DNA of 64,000 nucleotides from Rhodanobacteraceae bacterium (GTDB lineage: Bacteria > Pseudomonadota > Gammaproteobacteria > Xanthomonadales > SZUA-5), in NCBI GenBank assembly GCA_016713135.1, contig JADJPR010000006.1:82169-146168 (forward strand), written 5' to 3'. Below the pieces are notes generated by a model. It saw only the letters and a program-made list of their open reading frames with translations. It made no database searches and was not told where the DNA came from. The position numbers and the translations under genes are program-made. Each line of letters begins with the position of its first letter. The first letter of the stretch is position 1. Positions 16,394 to 26,405 of this stretch are shown in pieces.

Positions 16394-19300
16394 TCAGCGC
16401 AGCGCCGCCGTCTCCACCAGCCAGCCCGCCGCCGTCTGCCGCGCGGTCCAGCTCAGGCTCGGCTCGCCGGGCAGCGCCGTCCACGCGCCGAGGCGCAGGC
16501 GGCCGTTGCCGGCGCGCTGCGCCACCGCGTACTGGATCGTGGCCTCGTTCAGTCGCGCGTAGACACGCACCGCCTCGCCCTGCGCGTCTCGCAGGCGGAA
16601 TGCGACGCTGGCTTCGTCGCCAAGCGAGCGCCCGAGGGCCAGCGCCGGGATGCGCACGCTGCCGGTGGGCGCGTTCACCTGCGGGTCCTCGAAGCCATTG
16701 GCGAACAGCCCGTCGAGCAAATCGGTGTCGGTCGCGCTGTTGTTGCCCAGCACCGGATCCTCGATGGTGGTGTCCGCCGGCAGGGTGATCGCCGCGGTGT
16801 TGGCGATGCTCGCCGGGCTGCCGTCCACGTTGCCGTAGAAGGTCAAGTTCAGCAGGCCGCCGACCGGGAAGCTGGCGATGGTGACATCCAGGTTGCCCGT
16901 GCCGCCGGTCACCGGACAGGCCACACCACCAGAGGCGTCGCAGGTCCAGGTCACGTCGATCAGGCCGGCCGGGATGGCGTCGGTGATGCGGATATTCGCC
17001 GCCGCGTCCGGCCCAAGGTTGCGCACGATCACCGAGTAGACCAGCAGATCGCCGGGCTCGTAAGTCGGCACGCCGTCGCTCTTGGTCAGCGACAGATCCG
17101 ACAACGCATACACCAAGGTCTGCGCATTGCCCGCGCCGCTGCTGCTCGAGCCGCTGAAGTTGCCATCGCCGGCGTAACTGGCGCTCACCGTGCGGTTGCC
17201 GAGGGCGTCGAAGCTCAGGTCGCAAGCGGTCGCCGGCAGCGTGGCCGTGCAGCTGGCCGATCCGCTGCTCAGGGTCACCGTACCGGTCGGCGTGCCCGCA
17301 CCCGGCGCGTTGACGCTGAGGGCGAAGCTGAAGCTCGTCGGCTGGTTGATCCGGCTACGGGTCGGGCCGGTGACGCTGATGCTGGTGCTGGCCGGATCGA
17401 CCTGGTGGCTGGTGGTGCCGCTGCTGTCGCCGAAGGCCGTGGTCGCGGCGGTGTAGCTCGCGGTCAGGGTCTTGGCGCCGGCGGTGGTGCTGGTCAGGGC
17501 GCAGCTCGCCGTCGCGTTCGGCGCGGTGCCTGCCGTCAGCGTCACCGGACCGCAGCTCGCGCTGCCGTCGCTGATGGTCACCGTGCCGCTGGGCGACAGC
17601 GTCTGCGCCGCCACCGTGACGCTCACCGTGTACGGCTGGCCGACCACGGACGGATCGGGCAGGTCGGAGGTGATCGTGGTCGTGGTCGGCTGCTGGTCGT
17701 CGTCCTCGATGGTGCCGGTGCCGGTCAGCATGCCTGGCGTGGCATTGGCGATGCCGGTCAGCTCGACGCTGAAGGTCTCGTTGCCTTCGAAGGTGGTGTT
17801 GCCGTTGATCGTCACCGGAATGGTCAGGCTGCTATCGCCGGCCGGAATGGTCAGGCTGCCGGACGGGATGGCCACGTAGTCGTTGTCCGCCACCGTCGCG
17901 CTGCCATCGGCCGTGGCCCGCGTGAAGCTCACATCGCGACCGGAGACCGCCGACAGGCTGACCGTGAAGGTCATCGTGCTGGTGCCGGCATCGCCTTCAG
18001 GCTGGCTCGGGCTGGTGATCGACAGCGTCGGCGTGGCGTCATCGTCGAGGATGGTGCCGGTGGCCACCGCGGTACCGAGCGTCACGTCGCCGGTGGCGGT
18101 CAGGCCCGAGAGCGTCAGCGTGTAGGTCTCGTCGTCCTCGTCCAGCGCGTCGCTGGCGATGGCCACGTTGACCGTTTGCGCGGTGGTGCTGCTGGCCGGG
18201 AAGCTGACCGTGGCGCCGCTGATCGGCGTGTAGTCGGCCGCGGTCGCGGTGCCGTTGGCGCTGTTCAGCGTCAGGGTCACGCCCGAAGCCACCGGGTTGC
18301 TCAGGGTCACGCTGAAGGCCATCGGGGTGCTGCCTTCCAACTGGCTGAGCGCCGCCGGCGCGAAGTTCACCACCGCGCTGTCGTTGTCCGTGATGGCCAC
18401 GCTGATCGCCGGCAGCGCCTGGCTGTAGTTCGGGTCGCTGCTGGTGACCGACTGGTTGATGCTCGCGGTGTGCGGGCCTTCGACCACACTGTCGTCGGTG
18501 GCGGTGACGGTCACGGTCTGCGGCACGTTCCAGTTGGCCGGTGTGAAGGTCAGGCCCGGCGGCGCCAGGCTGATCTGGGCGGTGGTCGACAGCACCACAG
18601 TCACATTGCCCGTCGGCTCGCTCTGCAGCACCACGGTGTAGCTGTCGGTGGCAGCGCCCTCGGTCACGGCGGTGTTGCCGCCGGACTCGGTCACGGTCAC
18701 GCCGGCAGTGTCGTTGTCTGTGACCTGGACGCTGACTGCGGGCACCACGAAGTTGTTGTAGTTGCTGTCGCCGCTGGTGACCGCAAAGCTCACCGAACCG
18801 GTGTGCGGGCTGGCTTCGTCGATGTCGTCGTCGATGGCCGTCACGGTCACCGGTTGCGGCGTGTCCCAGTTGGCGCTGGTGAAGGTCAGCGAGGATGGCG
18901 TCGTCGTCACCTGGCTGCCGGTCAGCGCGATGCTCACGTCGGCCGTCGGCTGGCTGGTCAGCACCACCGTGTAGCTGTCCGTAGCGCCGCCCTCGGTGAC
19001 GGCGGTGCCGCCGCTCTCGGTGATGGTCACGCCCGGGGTGTCGTTGTCGGTGATGCTGACGGTGGTCGCTGCGCGGCCGAGGGTGATGTTGGGCGTGACG
19101 AAGCCATTGCCCAAGGTCAGGTCGAAGGCCTCGCCAGCCTCGCTGATCGCGTCGTCGATCAGGTTGGCGGTCGCGTTCAGCGCCGCGCCGTTCAGCGCGC
19201 CAGCGGGGAAGCTCAGGCTGCTGGTCGCCAGCGTGAAGTCCTCGGGCTCGGTCGCGGTGCCTTCGGTGAAGCCCACCGGCACCACGATGGCGTTCTGCAG

Positions 19301-22300
19301 GCTCGGCGTGCCAACGCCATCGGCGGTCAGGGTCAGGACCACCGGCTTGCTGAAGCTGCCGGCACCTTCGCTGACCGTGTCATTGGCCGGCGCAAACGCC
19401 ACCTGCGCCAGATCGTTGTCGGCAATGCTGACCGACTGCGTGCCGCTGGCGCTGAGCGCGCCTGCGCCGGTGACCGCGCCGAAGCCGAGCGTGAAGGTCT
19501 CGACGTTCTCGATCAGCACGTCGTTGGCGATGCTGACCGAGATCGGCTGGTCAACCGGCGACGGCGCATTCGCCGCAAACACCAGGCTGCCGGTGCTGCG
19601 GGTGTAGTCGGCCGGGGTCGCTGCGCTGCCCGCGGTGTCGCTGAGGGCCACACTGACGGCGGCTTCGGAGGCCAGCGGACCGGTACCCGTCCCGCTGATC
19701 GTCAGGCGTCCGGTAGCCCCGTAGGTGCCCGCCGACTCGCTGGTGCTGCCGGTGGGCGCGGTGAACGCGATTGCGCCCGACTCGTCGTCGGTCAGGGTCA
19801 GCACATGCGTGCCGCTGACCGTGCCGGGGCTGCCGACCAGACCGAAATTCAGCGTGCCGGTTTCGTCGCCTTCGAGGAGGCGGTCATTGATGAGCGTCAG
19901 GCTGATCGGCAGGATGGCGTTGTGGGCGCTGCCGGCCGCAAAGGTCACCTGGGCCCTATCCAGGCTGAGGTCGGCCAGCTCGGCACTGCCAAGCACCAGG
20001 AACACGTTCGCCGACATGTCGGTCGCGATGGTGCCGCCCGGGGTGCCGTTGGCCACGAGGTTGAGGCGTGCGTTGACCACGTGCGTGCCGGCAGTCTCGC
20101 TGACACTGCTGCTCGCGAGGGCGAAGGTGATTTCCCGCGTGTCGTTCTCGCCGATGCTGACCGCGACATCCGCCGGATCGATCGCAGCATAGAAGGGATC
20201 GCTGCTGGCCGCGGCCTGCACGATGGTGGTGCCGTGCGGATTGGCTTCGATCACGGTGTCGTCGACCGCCACCACCGGAACCGTGATCGCCAGGTTCCAG
20301 TTACCCGGCGTGAACAGCAGCGACACTGTACCGTCCGTATCGCCGTTGACGACGACCTGGGCCGGATCGAAGGTGAGGTTGACGGTGACGTCCGCCGTCG
20401 GCTGGCTGTTCAGCACCACCGAGTAGCTGTCGTTGGCACCGCCTTCGACCACGCTCGTGTTGCCGCCGCTCTCGGTGACGGTGATCCCCGGGGTGTCGTT
20501 GTCGGTGATCGTGACCACGTGGGTGCCGGACGCAGTGCCGCTGCCGGTGACCGCGCCAAAGCCGAGTGTGAAGGTCTCATCGGACTCGGTGATGATGTCG
20601 TCGACGATGGCGATCGCGATCGGCTGGGTGGCGGCACTCTGAGCGGCCGCGGCAAAGACCACGCTGGTGGTCGACAGGGTGTAATCCGCCGGGGTGGCCG
20701 TTCCCGGCGACTGTGTGACCGCGACGGTCAGCGGCGACGCCAGCGACGCCGTGCCGCTGCCCACGGCCGTGATCGTCAGCAGGGCATTGACGCTGTGCGG
20801 CGTGGTGGCTTCGCCGACGGTACTGGTCGGCGCCTGGAAACTCACCACCGCCGTGTCGTTGTCGGTGATCGTCAGCGTGGCGCCCGGACCGGACGCGCTG
20901 ATCGCGCCGGTGGTTCCGCCGAGGCTGGCGGTGAAGTTCTCGGTGCCTTCCACCAGGACATCCTCGCCGATGCTCACCGGTGCGCTTTGGGTCGCGCCGT
21001 TGGCGGATCCCGCGCTGAAGTTCACGGTCGCGGTGTTGCTCGGTCCGCTGAAGGAGAAGTCGCCGGTGCCGCCGCCGTAGCTGGCAGTGCCATCGACCAG
21101 GTTGATCTGGACGCTGGCGGCGCCCTCCAGCGTGTTGCCGGCGCCGGTGTTCAGGGTGACGGTCAGCGGCGTGCTGCCCGCCGACTCACTCACGCTTGCG
21201 TTGCCGCTGAGCGTGACCGTGGCCGATTGCGCGTCGGTGATCGTGCCGGAGAACGGGGTCGGCGACACACTGGTCCCAAGCGGCGCGCCGGTGATCGACA
21301 GCGTCAGCGAGTAGCTCTCGTTGCCCTCGACCAGGGTGTCGACATTGTGCGCGGCCGTCACCGCAACGGTGGCGAGGTCGACCGAGTTGGTGAACGAGAC
21401 ACTCGGCGTGAACGCGCCCAGATCGGCCGCTTCCGCGCTTACCAGGGTCTGGCCGATGCTGGCGTCGATGGTGCCTTCAAGGGTTGGCGTTCCGCCAGCC
21501 GGGGAGGCCGTGATGTCAAGGCGCACCGTGGTGATGTTGTTCGCGCCCTCGGCAGCACTGGCGCTGGCCGGCACCCATTCGAGCACTGCCGACTCGTCGT
21601 CGACGATGCTTACCGGCAAGTTGTTGCCGGCATTGCCATCGATACGGGCGGTGATGCCATGGTAGATCGCGTCGGCGCTGGTGAATGCATGGACCAGGTT
21701 GCCGCTGTGGTTGCCTTCCAGCGCACGATCGTTGACCGCGGCCACGGAGATGACCTGCGGCGTATTCCAGTTGGCCGTGGTGAAGCTGATGTCGAAGATG
21801 CCATCGGTATCGCCGTTGACGCTGAGGTCGCTGGCGGGGAAGGCGATGGCGACGTTGACCGTGGCGGCGGGCTGGCTGTCGAGCACGATGGTGTAGGTAT
21901 CGGTGCTGCCCGATTCGCTGACGGCGGTGCTGCCGGCCGTCTGCGCGATGCCGACGCCGGCGGTGTCGTTGTCGGCCACATTGACCGTGACATCGGCCAC
22001 CACAAGGTTGTTGAAGCGCGACTGGGCACTGCTGGTGTTGGCGCTGACGATGGTGACGGCTTCGGGATCGACCTCGTCGATGCCGTCATCGACTGCGCGC
22101 ACGGCCACGCTGACGCCCGTGGTGGCGTTGGCCGGGGTCAGGGTGACAGTCTGCGGCGACGCGCCAAAGCCGCTGCCCGCGTTGACCTGGACATCGGTGC
22201 CGAAGGTCAGCTCGATGGTGACGTTCGAGGTCGGCGTCTGGTTCAACGACACGCTGAAGTTGTCGCTGGTCGGTCCGGTTTCGGACACGGCGAGCGTGGT

Positions 22301-24787
22301 CGGCGTGACGGTGACTTCGGGCGCCTCCTCGAACAGGTAGGCGGCGCCGACGCCATTGCCCGCGGCGTCATGCAGCGGTGCGCCAACGGCGAAGATGCCG
22401 TTGGCCATCGCCAGCGTTCCACCGAATTCGTCGTTGGCGAGCAGGTCGGCGGGCAGTGCGATGGCGCTTTCGCTGAAACTGCTGCCGCTGCGCGAGAAGA
22501 CGTAAGCACTGCCGGCGCGCCCGTTGGTCGCAGGAGCGCCGACCAGAAGGCGGGTGTCGTCGAGGTCGACTTCAAACCCGAACTGACCCGGCGAGCCACT
22601 CGGTGAGAGGGTCTGCACATTGGTGTAGCCGGGGCCGGTGAACACATGCACCGCGCCGCTGGTGGCTGGGGACGCGGTGGGCGCGCCGACGGCCAGACGT
22701 CCGTTGAAAATCGAAATGCTGTTGCCAAAGAACCGCGTGGCAGGTGTCGGATTGGCCAGGCTGACGACACTGGCGAACGTGGCGCCGCTGAACACCCACG
22801 CCGCGCCCTCGTTCGCATTCAGGAAGAGCGCCCCGACCGCGATGCTCTCATCGTTGGCGGTGCCGGCGGCTGGCTCGTCAACGGACACGCTATAGCCGGC
22901 GCCCGCGCCCGGCGTCAGGCCCGGGATCGGCAGCGCAATCGCTCCCGTCATGAAGGTCAGGTCACGGTAGGCGTAGACCGCCCCGGTGTTTGAATTCTCG
23001 CCAGTGGCACTGACCGTGAGCACATCACCCATCAGGTCAACGCGATTGCCGAAGAAGGCATTCGCCGATGGGCTCGGCGCCGTCCGCTCCAGCGTCTGGA
23101 CCCATTCGGTTCCATTGAACAAGAACACATAGGCGGCGCCCGCGTCGTTGGTGGCGGTCGGGAAACCATCGAAAGTGGGGGCGCCGACAACCAGGCGATT
23201 TCCGTCCACGCTGATTCCCTGCCCAAAATGATCGCCAGCGGCCCCGTACAGCGCTGTCAACTTGCTGTGCGGCGTCCAGATGCCGGCATTGTTGCGGTAC
23301 ATGTAGACCGCGCCCGCATCGGCACCCTTCGCGTTGTCATCACCCTCCACGCCGACGGCAAGCCATTGACTGCTCATGGCGGTTCGATCACTGAATTGCT
23401 GGTTCAGCGACAGGGTGGGCAAGTCTTCCAGCGCATTCACCGGTGTGGCCGCCGTGTCGACGGCCCAAGTGACGCCCGGCTTGTTCAGCGAGGTCAGCGA
23501 GCCGGCGCGCGGCACCTGGCCGAGGCGTGTTCCCGGCGCGCTGACTACCGCCAGCGTACCGGCCATGGCAACGGACCGACCGTACTGGTGTCCGGCAGCT
23601 GCACCGGTCTGCGCCAGGTTGATGGTGTTGGTGGCCCAGATCGAGCCGTTGTAGGCATAGGTATTCGCTTGCCCGGCCGACGCCTGTGCGGACACCGCTT
23701 GCGAGGGCCGGCCGGCAATCGCGTTGTCGCCATCGAGCGCAACGCTGTAGCCCTGGTGCCCATTCACGTTGCCAGCGGCCGCGGAAGCATGGCTGAAGTT
23801 GAGCGTGCCATCGTTGAAGAATGCGACCGAGCCGGTATCGACGAAGCCGCTGTTGTCGGACAGTGGTGCGCCTACCAGCGAGCGCGAAGCCGAATCCGCG
23901 GCCCCGGGATTGGAGTCCCAGATCGCGACACTTTGACCGAAGCCCATGCCGGATTCGGCGATAGCCGGCGACAGCGTGTGCTTGAGACCGAAGGCATTGG
24001 AACCGCCGAGGTCCTGGCGAAAGACAAATGCCTGTCCGATCCGGTCGCCGCTTGGATTGGACGCGTACGGCGCGCCGATGATCAGGTACTCACCGGACAC
24101 GTCGACCGAGGCGCCGAAGGCGTTGCCCAAGTTGCCGACCTTGGGCAGCGCAGCCGCGCCCCAGGCATTGGTGCCGCCGTTGTTGCGCGATCGGATGGAC
24201 ACCGAGCCGTCGTTGGTCACCCCATCATTCGGCTCGCCAATGGCCGCGATGTCGCCGAAAAGCGCCACGGCGGCGCCAAACCGGCCGTCTGTCTCGGCGC
24301 CCGGTGGATCGATGGTGACGGTGGTGAAGCTGAACCCGGTGGACGATGCGTCCGTGTCCGAAAAGATGAAGGCGCGGCCCTGGTTGACCTGCGCGGCATC
24401 CCACTGTGGGGCGCCGACGATCACGGTCACCAGTCCGCCCGCCTCATAGATATCGACATCCGAGCCGAAGCCGCTGCCGGCCTGTTCCGTCGGCGGCGCG
24501 AGCTTGCGCCGGAACACCCAGGCACCTGCGACGCGTTCGTAGATGGACACCGAACCGCTGCGCGCCGGACCATTCGGCGAACCGACCGCCATCCAGGTCT
24601 GGTGCATGGCCACCGATTCACCCATGCGCTCATCCGGGACATTCAGCGGTACGTCGACCGTGAAGTCGGAGGGCAGGGCCTTCTGGATCTGGACCACGGC
24701 CGCGGACAAAGGCGCCGCGGGCAGCAGCAACAGGCCACAGGCCAGGCCGAGGGTGCGCAAGGACTTGTTTGAGCGAAGGCTGTTCAT
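16394..24787 (-). CDS. Giant FG-GAP (integrin-alpha-like propeller) / Calx-beta / Ig-like / DUF11 surface protein, 2,797 aa
   Basis: This is track ORF 16394..25234, trimmed to ATG 24787. A GGAGG lies about 5 nt upstream, and the N-terminus MNSLRSNKSLRTLGLACGLLLLPAAPLSAAV looks like a signal peptide. About 12 FG-GAP-like units are visible (FG.S..L.G..L.VGAP), followed by >=10 Calx-beta-like units. Then come Ig-like repeats (TVTISDGSASCGPVTLT..), one DUF11-like unit and an unassigned 97-aa tail after LFANGFE. Confidence 0.9.
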   Translation of the reverse strand: MNSLRSNKSLRTLGLACGLLLLPAAPLSAAVVQIQKALPSDFTVDVPLNVPDERMGESVAMHQTWMAVGSPNGPARSGSVSIYERVAGAWVFRRKLAPPTEQAGSGFGSDVDIYEAGGLVTVIVGAPQWDAAQVNQGRAFIFSDTDASSTGFSFTTVTIDPPGAETDGRFGAAVALFGDIAAIGEPNDGVTNDGSVSIRSRNNGGTNAWGAAALPKVGNLGNAFGASVDVSGEYLIIGAPYASNPSGDRIGQAFVFRQDLGGSNAFGLKHTLSPAIAESGMGFGQSVAIWDSNPGAADSASRSLVGAPLSDNSGFVDTGSVAFFNDGTLNFSHASAAAGNVNGHQGYSVALDGDNAIAGRPSQAVSAQASAGQANTYAYNGSIWATNTINLAQTGAAAGHQYGRSVAMAGTLAVVSAPGTRLGQVPRAGSLTSLNKPGVTWAVDTAATPVNALEDLPTLSLNQQFSDRTAMSSQWLAVGVEGDDNAKGADAGAVYMYRNNAGIWTPHSKLTALYGAAGDHFGQGISVDGNRLVVGAPTFDGFPTATNDAGAAYVFLFNGTEWVQTLERTAPSPSANAFFGNRVDLMGDVLTVSATGENSNTGAVYAYRDLTFMTGAIALPIPGLTPGAGAGYSVSVDEPAAGTANDESIAVGALFLNANEGAAWVFSGATFASVVSLANPTPATRFFGNSISIFNGRLAVGAPTASPATSGAVHVFTGPGYTNVQTLSPSGSPGQFGFEVDLDDTRLLVGAPATNGRAGSAYVFSRSGSSFSESAIALPADLLANDEFGGTLAMANGIFAVGAPLHDAAGNGVGAAYLFEEAPEVTVTPTTLAVSETGPTSDNFSVSLNQTPTSNVTIELTFGTDVQVNAGSGFGASPQTVTLTPANATTGVSVAVRAVDDGIDEVDPEAVTIVSANTSSAQSRFNNLVVADVTVNVADNDTAGVGIAQTAGSTAVSESGSTDTYTIVLDSQPAATVNVAIAFPASDLSVNGDTDGIFDISFTTANWNTPQVISVAAVNDRALEGNHSGNLVHAFTSADAIYHGITARIDGNAGNNLPVSIVDDESAVLEWVPASASAAEGANNITTVRLDITASPAGGTPTLEGTIDASIGQTLVSAEAADLGAFTPSVSFTNSVDLATVAVTAAHNVDTLVEGNESYSLTLSITGAPLGTSVSPTPFSGTITDAQSATVTLSGNASVSESAGSTPLTVTLNTGAGNTLEGAASVQINLVDGTASYGGGTGDFSFSGPSNTATVNFSAGSANGATQSAPVSIGEDVLVEGTENFTASLGGTTGAISASGPGATLTITDNDTAVVSFQAPTSTVGEATTPHSVNALLTITAVGSGTASLASPLTVAVTQSPGTATPADYTLSTTSVVFAAAAQSAATQPIAIAIVDDIITESDETFTLGFGAVTGSGTASGTHVVTITDNDTPGITVTESGGNTSVVEGGANDSYSVVLNSQPTADVTVNLTFDPAQVVVNGDTDGTVSLLFTPGNWNLAITVPVVAVDDTVIEANPHGTTIVQAAASSDPFYAAIDPADVAVSIGENDTREITFALASSSVSETAGTHVVNARLNLVANGTPGGTIATDMSANVFLVLGSAELADLSLDRAQVTFAAGSAHNAILPISLTLINDRLLEGDETGTLNFGLVGSPGTVSGTHVLTLTDDESGAIAFTAPTGSTSESAGTYGATGRLTISGTGTGPLASEAAVSVALSDTAGSAATPADYTRSTGSLVFAANAPSPVDQPISVSIANDVLIENVETFTLGFGAVTGAGALSASGTQSVSIADNDLAQVAFAPANDTVSEGAGSFSKPVVLTLTADGVGTPSLQNAIVVPVGFTEGTATEPEDFTLATSSLSFPAGALNGAALNATANLIDDAISEAGEAFDLTLGNGFVTPNITLGRAATTVSITDNDTPGVTITESGGTAVTEGGATDSYTVVLTSQPTADVSIALTGSQVTTTPSSLTFTSANWDTPQPVTVTAIDDDIDEASPHTGSVSFAVTSGDSNYNNFVVPAVSVQVTDNDTAGVTVTESGGNTAVTEGAATDSYTVVLQSEPTGNVTVVLSTTAQISLAPPGLTFTPANWNVPQTVTVTATDDSVVEGPHTASINQSVTSSDPNYSQALPAISVAITDNDSAVVNFAPAALSQLEGSTPMAFSVTLSNPVASGVTLTLNSANGTATAADYTPISGATVSFPASSTTAQTVNVAIASDALDEDDETYTLTLSGLTATGDVTLGTAVATGTILDDDATPTLSITSPSQPEGDAGTSTMTFTVSLSAVSGRDVSFTRATADGSATVADNDYVAIPSGSLTIPAGDSSLTIPVTINGNTTFEGNETFSVELTGIANATPGMLTGTGTIEDDDQQPTTTTITSDLPDPSVVGQPYTVSVTVAAQTLSPSGTVTISDGSASCGPVTLTAGTAPNATASCALTSTTAGAKTLTASYTAATTAFGDSSGTTSHQVDPASTSISVTGPTRSRINQPTSFSFALSVNAPGAGTPTGTVTLSSGSASCTATLPATACDLSFDALGNRTVSASYAGDGNFSGSSSSGAGNAQTLVYALSDLSLTKSDGVPTYEPGDLLVYSVIVRNLGPDAAANIRITDAIPAGLIDVTWTCDASGGVACPVTGGTGNLDVTIASFPVGGLLNLTFYGNVDGSPASIANTAAITLPADTTIEDPVLGNNSATDTDLLDGLFANGFEDPQVNAPTGSVRIPALALGRSLGDEASVAFRLRDAQGEAVRVYARLNEATIQYAVAQRAGNGRLRLGAWTALPGEPSLSWTARQTAAGWLVETAALR
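17723..18393. repeat. Near-identical tract shared with 1-670 (copy 2)
   Basis: Same alignment as copy 1. This copy is the in-frame version inside the 2,797-aa gene. Confidence 0.9.
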
Positions 24788-24801
24788 GGTTTTCCTCCGG
24801 C

Positions 24802-25232
24802 TCAGTTGAACGGGAACGCGGCGGGCAGGGTTGGGTCGGTACACGTGGCGCTGGTGATGTTGTTCAGCACTCCCACCGATGACGAAATGCCAAGCGTGTT
24901 GTTGGCATTCAGGTAGTTCTGCGCGTTCACATCGCCGGTACCGCTCATGCCCTCCAGCCGCAAGATGGTGGAGCTGATGTAGTAGAGGTCGATGGCGGGC
25001 AATCCGCTGCTGCCGGCTGCCACCTGGTTGTTGCGGATGTCGAAACAGGCGCGGTTGAAATTGGCAGATCCGGAATCGAAAGTCAGGTCGACCGTGCGCC
25101 AGAAGGCCTTGGTGGGCGAAATCGGGAACTGGCTGTTGGTCAGGGTGATCTGGGCGTTCGCATCGCTGCCGCTGATCGCGCCATTGCCGGAGAAGTAGAA
25201 CGATGAGCCCGCGGTGCCGCGGGCGTCCGCAC
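24802..25232 (-). pseudogene. C-terminal segment of the beta-helix protein, in a different frame
   Basis: The frame is open from about 25235. It reads ADARGTAGSSFYFSGNGAISGSDANAQITLTNSQFPISPTKAFWRTVDLTFDSGSANFNRACFDIRNNQVAAGSSGLPAIDLYY...PFN*, which is a natural continuation of ..TNYDLILSFNN from the upstream frame. Confidence 0.6.
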
Positions 25233-26405
25233 ATTGTTGAACGAGAGGATCAGGTCGTAGTTGGTGGTGCCGGAACCGCCGGTGTTGGCACCGTCCGAGA
25301 AGATGCCGACGGCATCGCCTTCGTGCGCGTTGTAGATATAGAGGTCGCTGACCACGCCGTTGGTGGTGGTGAAATCACCGCCTTCGATCTCGACGATTCC
25401 GAGGGCGAACTCGCCGGTGTAGTTGCGGATGTCGTTCGAGAACAGCCGGAAATTCAGGGTGCTGTTGCCCTGGGCATTGCGCAGGCTGATCGCGACCTCG
25501 CCATTGTTGGTATTCGAAGGGCCAGCGTAGGGTTCCGCGGTAAAGGCACTGGAGACGACAGCGAGGTCCATGCGTGCCCCGCTGTTGCCTTCCGGATTGG
25601 CGGTCAGGGCGATGCCGTCGATATCCTCGAAAACCGCATTCTGGATGAAGGCATTGATCCGCGCGGTGCCGTCCGCGCGCAACAGGATGCCGTTACCATT
25701 GCAGTTGCCGCCACCGCAGGCCGTCGTCGTGATGTTGTTGCGCAGGGTCATGTTGGTCCAACGGAAATCCAGGTTTCCGCTGAAGTTCTCCAGGTACAAA
25801 CCGTTGTCGGTGAAGTTCTGGATGATGCTGTTGTTGATATCGAGGGTGCCACTGACCTGAGCGCCGGAGACGGCGCCCTCACGGAAATTGAAAACGTGCT
25901 CGTTGTCGGCGTTGCCAATATTGTTGAAATCGACGTTCGAGAAGATGTTGTTGGTGCCGGTGATCCCGGTGCCGGTCACGCCATGCCCGCCGGTCCCGTT
26001 GACGATGACGTCGGTCGCCCGGAAATCCTGGATGTTGGTCAGGTCGAAGGCGTTGTCGACAATATTGGTGAAGGTGCCGCCGAGTCCGTCGCTGTGCACA
26101 TTGACGAAATTGAGATCGCCCATGATCGTGAAATCGCCGGTGTTGTTGCTCAAGCGCACACCGTCCAGGGCCCCATTGATGTCGAGTTCCTGGATGTTCG
26201 CGGAAATGCTCGAGTTGGCGATCTCGACACCGGCAGTCGTCTTGGCGCCCAGGTTGACCAGAGTCTCGACCAGCAACAGGCCGCTGGTCCGGTTGAGATT
26301 GATGCCGTGAGTACCCGCGCCAGTGCTGGTGATCGTGGCGAATGTCAGGACCACTTCATGCAGGGTGGCGTGATTGACGACCAACGCTGTCGCATTGCCC
26401 GTCAC
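25140..26405 (-). CDS. Right-handed beta-helix repeat protein, middle segment. The last ~29 codons look out of frame.
   Basis: Repetitive N/G/T-rich beta-helix-like sequence is present (NNSIIQNFTDNGLYLENFSGNLDFRWTNMTLRNN..). The tail RTPAAPRAHRSTSPAMARSAAAMRTPRSP is Arg/Pro/Ala junk. The GTG start overlaps the upstream stop by 4 nt. Confidence 0.65.
   Translation of the reverse strand: MTGNATALVVNHATLHEVVLTFATITSTGAGTHGINLNRTSGLLLVETLVNLGAKTTAGVEIANSSISANIQELDINGALDGVRLSNNTGDFTIMGDLNFVNVHSDGLGGTFTNIVDNAFDLTNIQDFRATDVIVNGTGGHGVTGTGITGTNNIFSNVDFNNIGNADNEHVFNFREGAVSGAQVSGTLDINNSIIQNFTDNGLYLENFSGNLDFRWTNMTLRNNITTTACGGGNCNGNGILLRADGTARINAFIQNAVFEDIDGIALTANPEGNSGARMDLAVVSSAFTAEPYAGPSNTNNGEVAISLRNAQGNSTLNFRLFSNDIRNYTGEFALGIVEIEGGDFTTTNGVVSDLYIYNAHEGDAVGIFSDGANTGGSGTTNYDLILSFNNVRTPAAPRAHRSTSPAMARSAAAMRTPRSP

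Noticed and set aside
16304-22606. 2,100-aa plus-strand ORF opposite the FG-GAP/Calx-beta gene
   Set aside because: It has the same composition artefact. Its GTG start lies inside the intergenic hairpin, and the opposite strand has clear domain architecture and an SD plus signal peptide.
24788-25234. 149-codon upstream extension of the FG-GAP giant ORF
   Set aside because: The extension is Arg/His/Gln-rich and overlaps the real C-terminal coding frame of the beta-helix gene. ATG 24787 has a GGAGG and a signal peptide.
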